Source of the DNA: an uncultured Spirochaetota bacterium
GTDB taxonomy: Bacteria > Spirochaetota > Spirochaetia > SZUA-6 > Fen-1364
Assembly: GCA_963820525.1 (NCBI GenBank)
Contig: CAWGAA010000002.1
Location: 480,001-544,000, forward strand
Reading direction: 5' to 3'
DNA: 64,000 nucleotides
The notes below the pieces were generated by a model that had not been told where the DNA came from, did no database searches, and saw only the letters and a program-made list of their open reading frames with translations. Positions 11,391-21,365 of this stretch are shown here, one piece after another (within the stretch, counting starts at the first letter, position 1; every line of letters starts with the position of its first letter). Made by a program: the position numbers and the translations under genes.

Positions 11391-11500
11391 CCGGACGGCT
11401 GGCACACACCGTACACCTCAAGCTACGCGCAGACTTCACCTTCGACGCAGCGGCTACTGTTGGTTCCACCCCGCCGGCCGCCCCTCGCCATCGTGGCTCG
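11391..11500 (+). pseudogene. Decayed fragments of a second rhs copy
   Basis: 11391-11446 matches rhs 8976-9032 (PDGWHTxYTSxY); GTTGGTTCCACCC at ~11459 matches rhs ~9594. Confidence 0.65.
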
Positions 11501-11504
11501 GGGC

Positions 11505-11602
11505 TGAACAGAACATGACGTTATCGGCAGCGCGCCGTCCATGGCGCGCTGTTCGTTCGTCGGCCTGACAGCCTCCTCACCAGATAACGCATGTTCTGTT
11601 CA
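11505..11602. repeat. 20-bp inverted repeat enclosing a 9-bp GC hairpin
   Basis: TGAACAGAACATG(A)CGTTATC / GATAACGCATGTTCTGTTCA; inner CAGCGCGCC-6 nt-GGCGCGCTG at 11528-11551. Confidence 0.75.
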
Positions 11603-11733
11603 CCGGCGTGGCTTGCAGCGCGTGCGACTGTGCATAAGCGGTGCTGTCGCGACACGTATCGGGCCGTAGCAGTTTGCAGACTGTTACCGCCGCCTGCCCG
11701 AACAGGGTAGCAGCCCATACAAAAGGGCTCTAG

Positions 11734-13656
11734 CCCATCTTCGACACTTTGAAAAATGAAATGTTTACCCTATAAGGAATTAGAAGACACGAAAATTCTG
11801 TTGGCACTACAGATCAACTTCCTCCGTGGTAGCTCTTATTCGCGAACCGTCTGCGGCACTGCGACACCCGCGGCCTGCAATACTGTGTGGCACACCCCCC
11901 GCAGGTCGGTGCGCAGATACAGCTTCTTGCCATGCATTTCCACTTCCACTTCCTGAAGTGCTCGAAGGTCCCTATTGATATCCGCCCACTCCAGCTTGGC
12001 CCCGTGCTTCTCAAGTCTCGTTTCCAGCTCTTTTCGTAGAACAAGGGCGAGGAAACTGCAGAACACATGCCCCCGGATAGTGTCGTCAACTTTGTGATAG
12101 ATCGGGCGGGTCTCCAGAAGGCTCTTGGCTGAACGGAATATCGATTCCACCATCCACAGCTGCTTGTACTTCAGTGCCACATCCGCGGCGGCAAACGCGG
12201 TATTGGTGCGCAGTACCCACATGCCGTCGAACAGCTGCTCCTTCGCGAGCTTGGCCTCGTCGACGGTGAAGTGCTCCTTTCCAGCGGACTTCAGGTATCG
12301 CCTGTAGCCCTTATTGCCCACGAGGCTCTTGTCCCCGCTTTTGAGCTTCTCTTTCAAAGACTCCACGATGGCCTTTCTGTCCGCGGCATCCTTTCGGGCC
12401 TGATCCTCGTTGTAACAGACCACGTAACGCTTCTCCCCCACCCACTGCTCCCGCACCGATAGGGGGGAGGGATCCCCAGGCTTCTTCTTCTCTCCTGTGA
12501 CTACCTGGAACTTCTCAGAGGAAGGAAGCACTTCATCGCGCACCGTCTTGTCCTTGTGCATGCGCGCTCCAAGGATATAGGACATGCCAAGCTCGTCACT
12601 TTCAAGTTTCTCGATCGTCTCTGCGCTTATCATCCCTCGGTCGGCCACCACGCAGACCGAGGCGATGGCGAAGCGGCTCTTCAGTCGCTCGACCACCGGG
12701 ATAAGGGAGGTGACATCGGTGAGGTTCCCTGGCCACAGCTCGCAGCAGATCGGCCGCCCAGCGCCGTCCAGCACCGCGCCGACCACCATCTGTTTCAGGT
12801 CGGGTCTGTGGTCCTTGCTGTGCCCGTACTGTCCCAGGCTTTCTCCCCCTTGCCCCTCGAAGTACAGGCTCGTGGTGTCGAAGAACACCAGCTCCAACTC
12901 GCTGAACAGATCGCGGTTACGGCGAAAAAGCTCCTCTTCGATGAGGTCCTTTCGGCATCGCAGGCTTCGCGCATCATGGCCGAGCTGGATGCTCTGTTCT
13001 CCCAGCCAGCCCATGGCGCGGTAGAGGTGATGAAGCTCGATTCCCTCTGTCCCGCTGATCTGGAAATCCTCTTTCCAGCGCTCTGCCGCGCGGTCGCTTC
13101 CCGGATCGAAGAGGCGGTGCAGCACGGTGAGGAAGATCGCCCGTTCCAAGGAGAAGCGCCATGGGCGAGCGGCCACTTGGCCCTTTATCGCCTCTTTGAT
13201 CCCCAACTGCTGCCACAATCGGTCGAAGAGAAGGGCGGGACCGATGGACAGTGTGCGGTGCGCTTGGATGGTGCCCTCGCGGTGAGCATCGATGATCGTT
13301 CGAATCGAGGAGAACTTCGCCAGCGATCGGGTGAGGGCATCGATCTTGCCTGATGCGGTGAGTGCATCCAGTTGGCCGAGGGTGGTGAGGACACGTTGTT
13401 TGACCTTTTTTCCCTCACGCTTGCTTTCAACGATCTGAAGGTACTTGTATCCGTGCGAGTTCTTGATGCGGACGAACATTGCCTGCCCCCCCTCTACGGA
13501 TACTACCATGAAGAGGACATCTATGCAAGTATTCTCTTCATAAATTGCCAATTCGGTGGCACTACATAAAGCGGTCCAGTTGTAAAAAAACCTTCAAATT
13601 CCCTGCAAATTCGAGGGGTACGGCTTCCTGGAGACGCTCAAAGTGTCGAAGATGGG
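11734..13656 (-). mobile_element. IS1634-family insertion sequence
   Basis: Perfect 19-bp IRs CCCATCTTCGACACTTTGA / TCAAAGTGTCGAAGATGGG; 5-bp TSD TCTAG at 11729-11733 and 13657-13661. Confidence 0.93.
11836..13479 (-). CDS. IS1634-family DDE transposase
   Basis: MFVRIK..YLQIVES start; FFDTTSLYFEG, GHSKDHRPDLKQ, VADRGM, YKQLWMVESIFR, PIYH..IRGHVF motifs. Confidence 0.93.
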   Translation of the reverse strand: MFVRIKNSHGYKYLQIVESKREGKKVKQRVLTTLGQLDALTASGKIDALTRSLAKFSSIRTIIDAHREGTIQAHRTLSIGPALLFDRLWQQLGIKEAIKGQVAARPWRFSLERAIFLTVLHRLFDPGSDRAAERWKEDFQISGTEGIELHHLYRAMGWLGEQSIQLGHDARSLRCRKDLIEEELFRRNRDLFSELELVFFDTTSLYFEGQGGESLGQYGHSKDHRPDLKQMVVGAVLDGAGRPICCELWPGNLTDVTSLIPVVERLKSRFAIASVCVVADRGMISAETIEKLESDELGMSYILGARMHKDKTVRDEVLPSSEKFQVVTGEKKKPGDPSPLSVREQWVGEKRYVVCYNEDQARKDAADRKAIVESLKEKLKSGDKSLVGNKGYRRYLKSAGKEHFTVDEAKLAKEQLFDGMWVLRTNTAFAAADVALKYKQLWMVESIFRSAKSLLETRPIYHKVDDTIRGHVFCSFLALVLRKELETRLEKHGAKLEWADINRDLRALQEVEVEMHGKKLYLRTDLRGVCHTVLQAAGVAVPQTVRE

Positions 13657-13757
13657 TCTAGCACACTGGCCTTGGCAGCAGTCTCGACGAGGCTTTCGAG
13701 TGTGGCGTCCGCGTTGACGCCGTATGGGCTGCGTGAGAGCCAGCTGTCATGTCCAGC

Positions 13758-13799
13758 GAGCGGCGGGTCCGGGCGCACATCTTCGTGGCGGCGTTGGCG
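13758..13799 (+). pseudogene. Short relic of another IS1634-like transposase
   Basis: Translates ERRVRAHIFVAALA, resembling the C-terminal R(G/A)H(V/I)F motif of this family. Confidence 0.45.
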
Positions 13800-13840
13800 G
13801 GGCTTTCTAGGAGGCACTGCGCGACCATCTGCTCAGCCAC

Positions 13841-14620
13841 TCACCCCAAGTATTCCCTCTCAATGAACGCCATCAGGTCCGCCGGAGCCATGACGGGGAT
13901 CTTGCCGCCGGAGAGCCACTCCGGCTTGACGTATCCCCACGAGGCCAGGAAGACCTCGACGTTGGGATTGGCATTCTCCTTGAGGTGGTCGATTTGATCG
14001 TCCACAAACACGGCTCGGGGGAAGCCGCCTTCGACGCGCAAGGCCTCCACCCGCGCGAGCTTCTCGCGGGCCGCGCTTTCGTGGATGTGGCCCGCCGGGA
14101 GCCGTATCTGCGCGTGCATGAGTATCTCCGCGATGAACTGCGCCTTCTTCGTGGAGAGGATGTGCACGGGGGCTTCCTGGGGGAGCCGGGCGAACATCGT
14201 GAGGATGTGGGGATAGACCGGGTTGAGCGAGAGCCAGAACTCCCTGTCCCGGGCCAGAAGATCCGTGCGGGCTTTGATGAAGAGCTCCCTGAAGAGGCGC
14301 ATTTTCTCGGGGCCTGCCGCGGCGATGAGCTCGTCGAACCCGGCCTGGTCCGACACGGCCTTTCCCTCGTGGAGGATTTCCTGGATCAGCATGTAGTCCT
14401 CCGCCGTTCTGATGAACGGCCGAAGCCGGGCAAAGTCGTTTCGAAGCGTCACGGGAACGTGGGGGGGATGGATGCCTTTGGCGAGGCTGAAGTACCCGAT
14501 CCAGGAGCTGATGAAACACTCGTCCAGGGAATCGCAGATCACCCCGTCGAAGTCGAGGACGAGCAGAGGCAGCGCCCTTCCCGCGACGCCCTTCTCCGGT
14601 CCGCCGAAAACCATTTTCAC
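13841..14620 (-). CDS. HAD-superfamily hydrolase
   Basis: LVLDFDGVICDS motif I; FVDD; LASWGY. Confidence 0.85.
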   Translation of the reverse strand: MKMVFGGPEKGVAGRALPLLVLDFDGVICDSLDECFISSWIGYFSLAKGIHPPHVPVTLRNDFARLRPFIRTAEDYMLIQEILHEGKAVSDQAGFDELIAAAGPEKMRLFRELFIKARTDLLARDREFWLSLNPVYPHILTMFARLPQEAPVHILSTKKAQFIAEILMHAQIRLPAGHIHESAAREKLARVEALRVEGGFPRAVFVDDQIDHLKENANPNVEVFLASWGYVKPEWLSGGKIPVMAPADLMAFIEREYLG

Positions 14621-14765
14621 TCCTCCTCCAACGGTCTCCCGTTTTTAAGGTACTACGGGCGGGTGTGGCGATGAAAGGGGAGGGGGCGAACACCGGCTTA
14701 CGCCATCCGTGCCCGTTGTTTCATCACGTGTACCTCGCCGACCTTTTTTCAGCTATGATGAGTCC

Positions 14766-16142
14766 ATGGCGGATTTCACTTTTCAGGACTTCCTCTCCCG
14801 CTTCGACGCCGCGGGCCGCCTCGACTGCTCCTGCGGCATGGTCCATCGGGTGGCGGCTCGCGAGGTCATTGTAGGTGATGCCGCCATCGACGAGTCGGCC
14901 GAGGTGCTGAGGCGGATCTACGGAAGAGCCCCTGTCATCTGGGTCTTGAGCGACGAGAACACGGAAGCCGCCGCCGGCAGCCGGTTCAAGTCCGCCGTGC
15001 GGGATTCCCGAATCGTCTCGCGGATCCTCCCGGGGTCCCCCAAGCCCGTGCCAAGCCAGGAGTTGGTGAACGAGCTGGCGGGCGACGCGCGGAGGGCTTC
15101 GCCCCGCCTCCTTGTCGGAGTGGGAAGCGGCGTGATCAGCGACCTGGTGAAGAAGGTCTCCCTCGACTGCGGAGTGCCGAACTGGAGCGTGGCCACGGCG
15201 GCATCGGTTGACGCATACAGCTCAGCAACCTCCGCCATCCGCGTTGGCGGCTACCACAAGGCGGTGCCCGCCGCCCCCTCCCAGGCCATCATCTGCCCGC
15301 TTCCCGTCATCGCGAATGCGCCGCGCCTCCTCGTGCTGTCGGGCCTGGGGGACCTGCTCGCCAAGCTCATCGCGCACCTGGATTGGAACCTCGGCAGGCT
15401 CATTACGGGCGAGCATTACTGCCCCCTGATCGCCGCATTCGCGCTTGAGGCGGCGCGAAAGGCGCTCGCGGCCGCGCGCTCGTCCGAAAGTGACGCGCGG
15501 GAGGCGGCCTACTGTCTCACGGATGCCGTTCTTGTCTCGGGGTTTGCCATGCAGGCGTCGGGCGGGTCGCGGCCCGCGGCTTCGGCGGAGCACACAATCG
15601 CCCACTTCTGGGAGTCGGCGCTCGCCGTGGGAAAAGAGGAGTATGACTTGCATGGGATCCTCGTCGGCGCGGCGAGCAGGCTGGTTTCCAGCGCCTACTC
15701 TTCGTTCTACGACGCGCTCTCCCGGGACGGGCCGCACGTAGCCGCGGCTGCGACGGCTGAAAGGCTTGCCTCCTTCGAGCGAGAACTGCCGTGGGTGGAA
15801 AGCCTAGAGGAGGGTCTGCGGCCGTTTGAAGCGGGCATCGCCGAGGTCATGCGAAAACGGGTTCTTGACCGGTCCATTCTTACCTCAAGGATCGAAGCCT
15901 TCGGCAGGGCGGGCAAGGAGATCCTCGATCTCGCTCTCCCCCTCCTGGCCGAGCTGGGCAAGGCGATCCGAGTCCTGGACGGCCTCGGCTTCCCCTTCAG
16001 CCTCGACGAGCTTGGAATCTCCGAGCCGCTGCGGCTTCTTCCCGTTCGCAATGTGCGCCTATTGAGAGACCGCTACACGACCTTCGATCTGGCGTATGAG
16101 CTGGGACGTGAGGGGGAATTGACGGGAGGGGGCGCCCCTTAA
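14766..16142 (+). CDS. Glycerol-1-phosphate dehydrogenase-like (AraM/EgsA, DHQS/Fe-ADH superfamily)
   Basis: CSCG..H N-terminus; GVGSGVISDLVK, ATAASVDAYSS, GLGDLLAK, SRPAASAEHTIAH, LHGILVG. Confidence 0.8.
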   Translation: MADFTFQDFLSRFDAAGRLDCSCGMVHRVAAREVIVGDAAIDESAEVLRRIYGRAPVIWVLSDENTEAAAGSRFKSAVRDSRIVSRILPGSPKPVPSQELVNELAGDARRASPRLLVGVGSGVISDLVKKVSLDCGVPNWSVATAASVDAYSSATSAIRVGGYHKAVPAAPSQAIICPLPVIANAPRLLVLSGLGDLLAKLIAHLDWNLGRLITGEHYCPLIAAFALEAARKALAAARSSESDAREAAYCLTDAVLVSGFAMQASGGSRPAASAEHTIAHFWESALAVGKEEYDLHGILVGAASRLVSSAYSSFYDALSRDGPHVAAAATAERLASFERELPWVESLEEGLRPFEAGIAEVMRKRVLDRSILTSRIEAFGRAGKEILDLALPLLAELGKAIRVLDGLGFPFSLDELGISEPLRLLPVRNVRLLRDRYTTFDLAYELGREGELTGGGAP

Positions 16143-16594
16143 TCTATGCGATCCTGCTTCTGCAGGGACGACTCGGATTTCCGGCCGCCGTTTTTTTCCA
16201 TGATGTCGCTCAAGCTGATTTTACTGAAGTAATCCCCGATGCGATCATAGAGCCCCGTCCAGATTTCATGGGCCGGGCAGGCCTCGGTTCGCGCGCAGAG
16301 CACCTTGCGCCTCAGGGTGCAGGGAGTCAGGCCGCCGGTTTCTCCCACGGCATCGAGGATGTCCTTGACGGTGATTTCCGCCGGCTTGCGGTTCAGGACG
16401 AATCCCCCGCCGGGGCCCCTGATCGAGCGGATGAGCCCCGCTTTCTTCAGCTTGAAGAAGATCTGCTCGAGGAACTCCGATGAAACTTTCTCGCAGTCCG
16501 CGATGCTGCTGATGGAGACGGGCTTGTCGCTTCTCGCCATCGCGAGGTTTATGACGGCGCGAAGCCCGTAGCGGCCTTTTGTCGTGATTCTCAT
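16139..16594 (-). CDS. Rrf2-family transcriptional regulator (three-Cys, IscR-like)
   Basis: MRITTKGRYGLRA; LEQIF..LKKAGLIRSIRGPGGGF; C-x6-C-x5-C..H. Confidence 0.92.
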   Translation of the reverse strand: MRITTKGRYGLRAVINLAMARSDKPVSISSIADCEKVSSEFLEQIFFKLKKAGLIRSIRGPGGGFVLNRKPAEITVKDILDAVGETGGLTPCTLRRKVLCARTEACPAHEIWTGLYDRIGDYFSKISLSDIMEKNGGRKSESSLQKQDRID

Positions 16595-16678
16595 TCCAGG
16601 CTCGGCTCCATTCAGTTTATATTAGTATTTATGTAATATATATTCAAGAGGGAACGCTCGACGTTTTCTTCGCGATGA

Positions 16679-16707
16679 TTGACCCTCGGGGGAGCGGCAA
16701 CTATAAT
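16679..16707 (+). promoter_or_regulatory. sigma70-like promoter of gltX-glyS-tyrS
   Basis: TTGACC-17 bp-TATAAT. Confidence 0.65.
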
Positions 16708-16739
16708 CGATCAACTTTCGTGAGGAGGTCTCTTCCACT

Positions 16740-18208
16740 TTGAACGTCCGCGTCCGCTACGCGCCCTCTCCGACGGGGCTTCAGCACATCGGGAGCGTGC
16801 GCACCGCGCTCTATAACTATCTCTTCGCCCGATCCCAGGGGGGAAAGCTCATTCTCCGCATCGAGGACACGGACAGGACCCGCATCGTGGAGGAGGCGCT
16901 CCAGGACATCTACGACAGCTACTCGTGGCTTGGCTTCCATTGGGACGAGGGGCCCGACGTGGGAGGCCCCAAGGGGCCGTACTTCCAGTCCCAGCGCGTC
17001 GAGCTGTACCGCTCTCATGCAGAAAAGCTCATCGAGAAGGGCTTCGCGTACCGCTGCTACTGCTCGCCGGAGAGGCTGGAGAAGCTGCGGGAAGAGCAGG
17101 CCGCAAAGAAGCTGCCGATCGGCTACGACGGGCACTGCCGCACCCTCACGGAAGCGGAGCGTCGGGAGGCGGAGGACAAGGGCATCCGGCCCGTGATCCG
17201 TCTCAAGGTCCCGCGGGATGAAAGTACGACGTACCCCGATCTCCTTCTGGGCGAGATCACCGTGGCCAACAGGGACGTGAATCCCGATCCGGTGATGATC
17301 AAGTCCGATGGGTTTCCCACCTACCACATGGCGAACGTCGTTGACGATCACCTCATGGAGATCACGCACGTGATGCGGGCCCAGGAGTGGCTCCCGTCGA
17401 CGCCCCTTCACGTCATCCTCTATCGCGCTTTCGGCTGGGAGCACCCCAACTTCTGCCACCTGCCCCTCATCCTGGGCAAGGACGGCCAGAAGTTGTCCAA
17501 GAGGCATGGCGCCACGAGCCTGCGCGAGTTCATCCGGCAGGGGTATCTGCCCGAAGCGCTGATAAACTACCTTGCCCTTCTGGGTTGGGCCTACGACGAC
17601 TCGACGCAGTTCTTCAGCCTGAAAGAGCTGGAGAAGCTCTTCAGCCTCGAGCGGCTGAACAAGGCGCCCGCCGTTTTCGACTACCAGAAGCTGGAGTGGT
17701 ACAACGGGAGCTATATCAGGAAGAAGAGCGCGGAAGAGCTCGCCGCCTCCATCCGGCCGCTGCTCACGGAAGCGGGGTTCCTTATGGGGGCCCTTCCCTG
17801 GAGGAGAAGGTAGCGGGTATCGTCCCCCTTGTTCGGGAGCGCGTGAAGCTGCTCTCGGAGGCGCCGGCCATGGTCCGCTTCATCTTCCAGGACATCCCGG
17901 TCCCTCCGGCCGATGAGCTGATCCCCAAGAAGGCGGACCCGTCGAAGATGGTGGAGGCGTTGAAGAGGGCCGACGAGCTTCTCCAACGCTTCTCGGACAA
18001 CGACGCGGAAAACGAGGAGCGCTTCAGGGCCCTGGCCGAAGAGCTGGGGATGAAGCTCGCCGACCTTCTCATGCCCCTGCGCGTCGCGGTGACCGGATCG
18101 CGCGTCTCGCCGCCGCTTTTTGCGAGCATCCGCCTCGTGGGAATCGCGAGGAGCAGGGCGCGGGTGGCCGGGGCGATCGAGGAACTGGAAAAAAGGACAA
18201 GGAGCTAA
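16740..18208 (+). CDS. gltX: Glutamate--tRNA ligase, apparent frameshift at G-run 17786-17790
   Basis: [18 protein letters not shown]; anticodon-binding domain ([19 protein letters not shown]) continues in another frame to 18208; adding one G restores the frame. Confidence 0.92.
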
Positions 18209-18211
18209 TTG

Positions 18212-19549
18212 ATGGCCGAGCAGCTTACGATGGATACGCTCGTCTCCCTCTGCAAGAGGAGGGGATTCGTCTTTCAATCCAGCGAGATCTACGGGGGCCT
18301 CGCCTCGGCGTGGGACTACGGGCCCATGGGCGTGGAGCTGAAGAAGCGGATCCAGGAGTTCTGGTGGCGGGAGATGACGCAGCTTCACGACAACATCGTG
18401 GGCCTTGACGCGGCCATCATGATGCACCCCAGGGTCTGGGAAGCCTCGGGCCACGTGGAGAACTTCACGGACCCCCTGGTGGACTGCAAGAAGTGCAAGA
18501 ACCGCTTCCGCGCGGACCAGATTCCCGAAGAGAACATGAAGGCGCACAAGTGTCCCGAGTGCGGCGGGGAACTGACGGACGCGCGCATGTTCAACCTCAT
18601 GTTCAAGACCCACATGGGCCCCCTGGAGGACGAGGCGTCCCTGATCTACCTGAGGCCGGAGACGGCCCAGGGCATCTACGTGAACTACAAGAACGTCCTT
18701 CAGACCGGCAGGGTGAAGATCCCCTTCGGCATCGCGCAGGTGGGAAAGGCCTTCAGAAACGAGATCACGACCAAGAACTTCATCTTCCGCACCTGCGAGT
18801 TCGAGCAGATGGAGATGCAGTATTTCATCCACCCCTCCCAGGACGAGAAATGGTTCGAGCACTGGAAGGAGAAGCGGCTCCAGTACTACCTGGATCTCGG
18901 CATCAGGAAGGAGAAGCTCCGATTCCACCAGCACGGCCCCGGGGAGCTTGCCCACTATGCCAAGAAGGCCTTCGACATCGAGTACGAGTTCCCCTTCGGC
19001 TGGAAGGAGCTGGAAGGCATCCACAACAGGACGGACTATGATTTAAAGCGGCATACCGAGTACTCCGGCAAGGACCTCACCTACCTGGATGACCAGACCC
19101 GGGAGCGCTACATCCCCTATATCATCGAGACCTCAGCGGGCCTCACCCGCACCGTCCTCGTGGTGCTTGCGGATGCCTATGACGAGGAGGAGGTCGAGGG
19201 GGAGAAGAGGGTTGTGCTGCGCTTCCATCCCCGGGTGGCGCCGGTCACCGTCGGGGTATTCCCCCTGGTGAAGAAGGACGGCCTCGCCGAGCTTGCCGGA
19301 AAGCTGGAGGAGGAGCTCCGCGGCGAGTTTCGGACCTTCTATGACGAAAGCGGGGCCATCGGCCGCAGGTACCGCCGCCAGGACGAGGTGGGAACCCCCT
19401 TCTGCGTCACGGTGGATTACCAGAGCAAGGAGGACCACACCGTCACCGTCCGCTTCCGCGACTCCATGGAGCAGGTGCGCGTGGCCATGGACCAGGTCGG
19501 CCCGACGGTGAGGCAGGCGATCAAGGACTACACGAGGAAAGGCGCGTGA
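18212..19549 (+). CDS. glyQS: Glycine--tRNA ligase (alpha2 type)
   Basis: LCKRRGFVFQSSEIYGG, YLRPETAQGI, FRNEIT, IGRRYRRQDEVGTPFCVTVD. Confidence 0.95.
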   Translation: MAEQLTMDTLVSLCKRRGFVFQSSEIYGGLASAWDYGPMGVELKKRIQEFWWREMTQLHDNIVGLDAAIMMHPRVWEASGHVENFTDPLVDCKKCKNRFRADQIPEENMKAHKCPECGGELTDARMFNLMFKTHMGPLEDEASLIYLRPETAQGIYVNYKNVLQTGRVKIPFGIAQVGKAFRNEITTKNFIFRTCEFEQMEMQYFIHPSQDEKWFEHWKEKRLQYYLDLGIRKEKLRFHQHGPGELAHYAKKAFDIEYEFPFGWKELEGIHNRTDYDLKRHTEYSGKDLTYLDDQTRERYIPYIIETSAGLTRTVLVVLADAYDEEEVEGEKRVVLRFHPRVAPVTVGVFPLVKKDGLAELAGKLEEELRGEFRTFYDESGAIGRRYRRQDEVGTPFCVTVDYQSKEDHTVTVRFRDSMEQVRVAMDQVGPTVRQAIKDYTRKGA

Positions 19550-20778
19550 GCTCGGCATTCGACACGCTCAAGGAGCGCGGGTTCGTCAGTCAGTGCTCCG
19601 ACGAGGAGGGGCTTCGGAAGCTCCTGGGCTCGGAGAGGGTGACCTTCTATATCGGTTTCGACGCGACGGCGTCCAGTCTCCACGTGGGACACCTCCAGCA
19701 GCTCATGTTCATGGCCCACCTCCAGCGCGCGGGGCACAGGCCCATCGCCTTGGTGGGCGGAGGCACTACGCGCATCGGCGACCCGACGGGGAGAACGGAG
19801 ATGCGAAAGATCCTTCCCGTGGAAACCATCGCCTCCAATGCGCTGGCCTTCAAGAAGCAGATCTCGCGCTTCCTGGACTTCTCCGAGGGCAAGGCCCTCA
19901 TGCTGGACAACGCGGAGTGGCTGGCGCCGCTGAACTACATCGAGTTCCTGAGGGACATCGGCAGGCATTTCTCGGTGAACAGGATGCTCAGCTTCGAGAC
20001 GTACAAGATGCGCCTGGAGACGGGGCTCTCCTTCATCGAGTTCAACTACCAGCTCCTTCAATCCTACGATTACCTCATGCTCTACCAGCGCTACGGCTGC
20101 CGCCTGCAGATGGGCGGCGACGACCAGTGGGGGAATATCGTTGCGGGCATGGACCTGATCCGCCGGGTGGAGGGGGCGGAAACCTTCGCGCTCACCTCTC
20201 CCCTGGTCACGCGATCCGACGGCAAGAAGATGGGAAAGTCCGAGGGCGGAGCCCTCTTCCTCGATCCCGAGATGGTGAGCCCGTACGAGTTCTACCAGTT
20301 CTGGGTGAACGTGCCCGACGCGGACGTCGCGCAGTTCCTCAAGCGATTCACCTTCCTTCCCCTGGATGAGATCGCGGCGCTGTGCTCGACGGACGGGGAG
20401 GGGATCAACAAAGCCAAGCGGGTCCTGGCTCTCCGGATCACCGCCATGGTGCATGGGGAGAAAGCCGCCCGCGATGCCGAGGAAGCCTCCCGTGCCGCGT
20501 TCGGCGGAGGAGAGGCGGCGGATCTCTCGGGAGTCCCGTCCATGGAGATACCCCTGGCCGAGTTGAAAGACGGCATCAATATCGTGGAGCTGTTCGTGCG
20601 CGCCGGTCTCTGCGGGACCAAGAGCGATGCCCGCCGGCTGATCGCGCAGGGCGGGGCATATATCAACAGGAAGAACATCACCGATATCGATGCCGGGGTG
20701 ACGGCCGACATGGCGGAAGACGGCGCCCTGCTCCTGCGGGCGGGGAAGAAGAGGTATTTCAGGCTCATCGTGAGGTGA
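19546..20778 (+). CDS. tyrS: Tyrosine--tRNA ligase
   Basis: GFDATASSLHVGH, QMGGDDQWGNI, KMGKS, C-terminal S4-like domain. Confidence 0.96.
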   Translation: MSSAFDTLKERGFVSQCSDEEGLRKLLGSERVTFYIGFDATASSLHVGHLQQLMFMAHLQRAGHRPIALVGGGTTRIGDPTGRTEMRKILPVETIASNALAFKKQISRFLDFSEGKALMLDNAEWLAPLNYIEFLRDIGRHFSVNRMLSFETYKMRLETGLSFIEFNYQLLQSYDYLMLYQRYGCRLQMGGDDQWGNIVAGMDLIRRVEGAETFALTSPLVTRSDGKKMGKSEGGALFLDPEMVSPYEFYQFWVNVPDADVAQFLKRFTFLPLDEIAALCSTDGEGINKAKRVLALRITAMVHGEKAARDAEEASRAAFGGGEAADLSGVPSMEIPLAELKDGINIVELFVRAGLCGTKSDARRLIAQGGAYINRKNITDIDAGVTADMAEDGALLLRAGKKRYFRLIVR

Positions 20779-21365
20779 AAGGAGGACGCGGCGCCGGCCG
20801 CGTGAATGTGGCGCTCTGGGCAGCGAATCTGAGAAAGTATCTGCGCGCTATCGGCGCGTCGATCCATCCCCTCCGGGCCGCCTACGAAGTCTGCGCGACA
20901 CTCGTCGTATGCGTCCCGTTCCTTGTCGCGTATGTCGTGAACAGGACGGCCCCCCTCTATGTCTACCTCCTGTACCCCGCGCTCTTTCTCGTATCGCACC
21001 TGGTCTGGTTCCGGCTGCCGTTCGTGGACCGCAGGGTGCGCTGGGGCCTCTTCTGGTTCACTCTCAGCATCATCGTCGCCCTCGGTGCGGGCTTCCTCTA
21101 CGCGAACTACAGGGAGTCGACGGCTCTGGCCGGGCCTCTCAGGCCCGAGGGGATCCTCTGGATCCCCCACTGGGTGAACGAATCCCTCGACGTGCCCTTC
21201 CCCACGGTGGCGGCGGTTTTCCTGATCCCTTCGGCCTGCGCGGCCGCGCTCTACTGTCTCGTTCTCGCCCTCTTCCTCGGGGCGTACCGGTCTTACAGGC
21301 AGGCAGAGCGGCGGCGCCGGGAGGGAAAGCGGACGCCTCCCGAGAACGGACCGACTCCGCCCTAG
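20775..21365 (+). CDS. Hypothetical membrane protein
   Basis: GTGA overlap with tyrS stop; ~4 hydrophobic segments; start uncertain. Confidence 0.6.
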   Translation: MKGGRGAGRVNVALWAANLRKYLRAIGASIHPLRAAYEVCATLVVCVPFLVAYVVNRTAPLYVYLLYPALFLVSHLVWFRLPFVDRRVRWGLFWFTLSIIVALGAGFLYANYRESTALAGPLRPEGILWIPHWVNESLDVPFPTVAAVFLIPSACAAALYCLVLALFLGAYRSYRQAERRRREGKRTPPENGPTPP

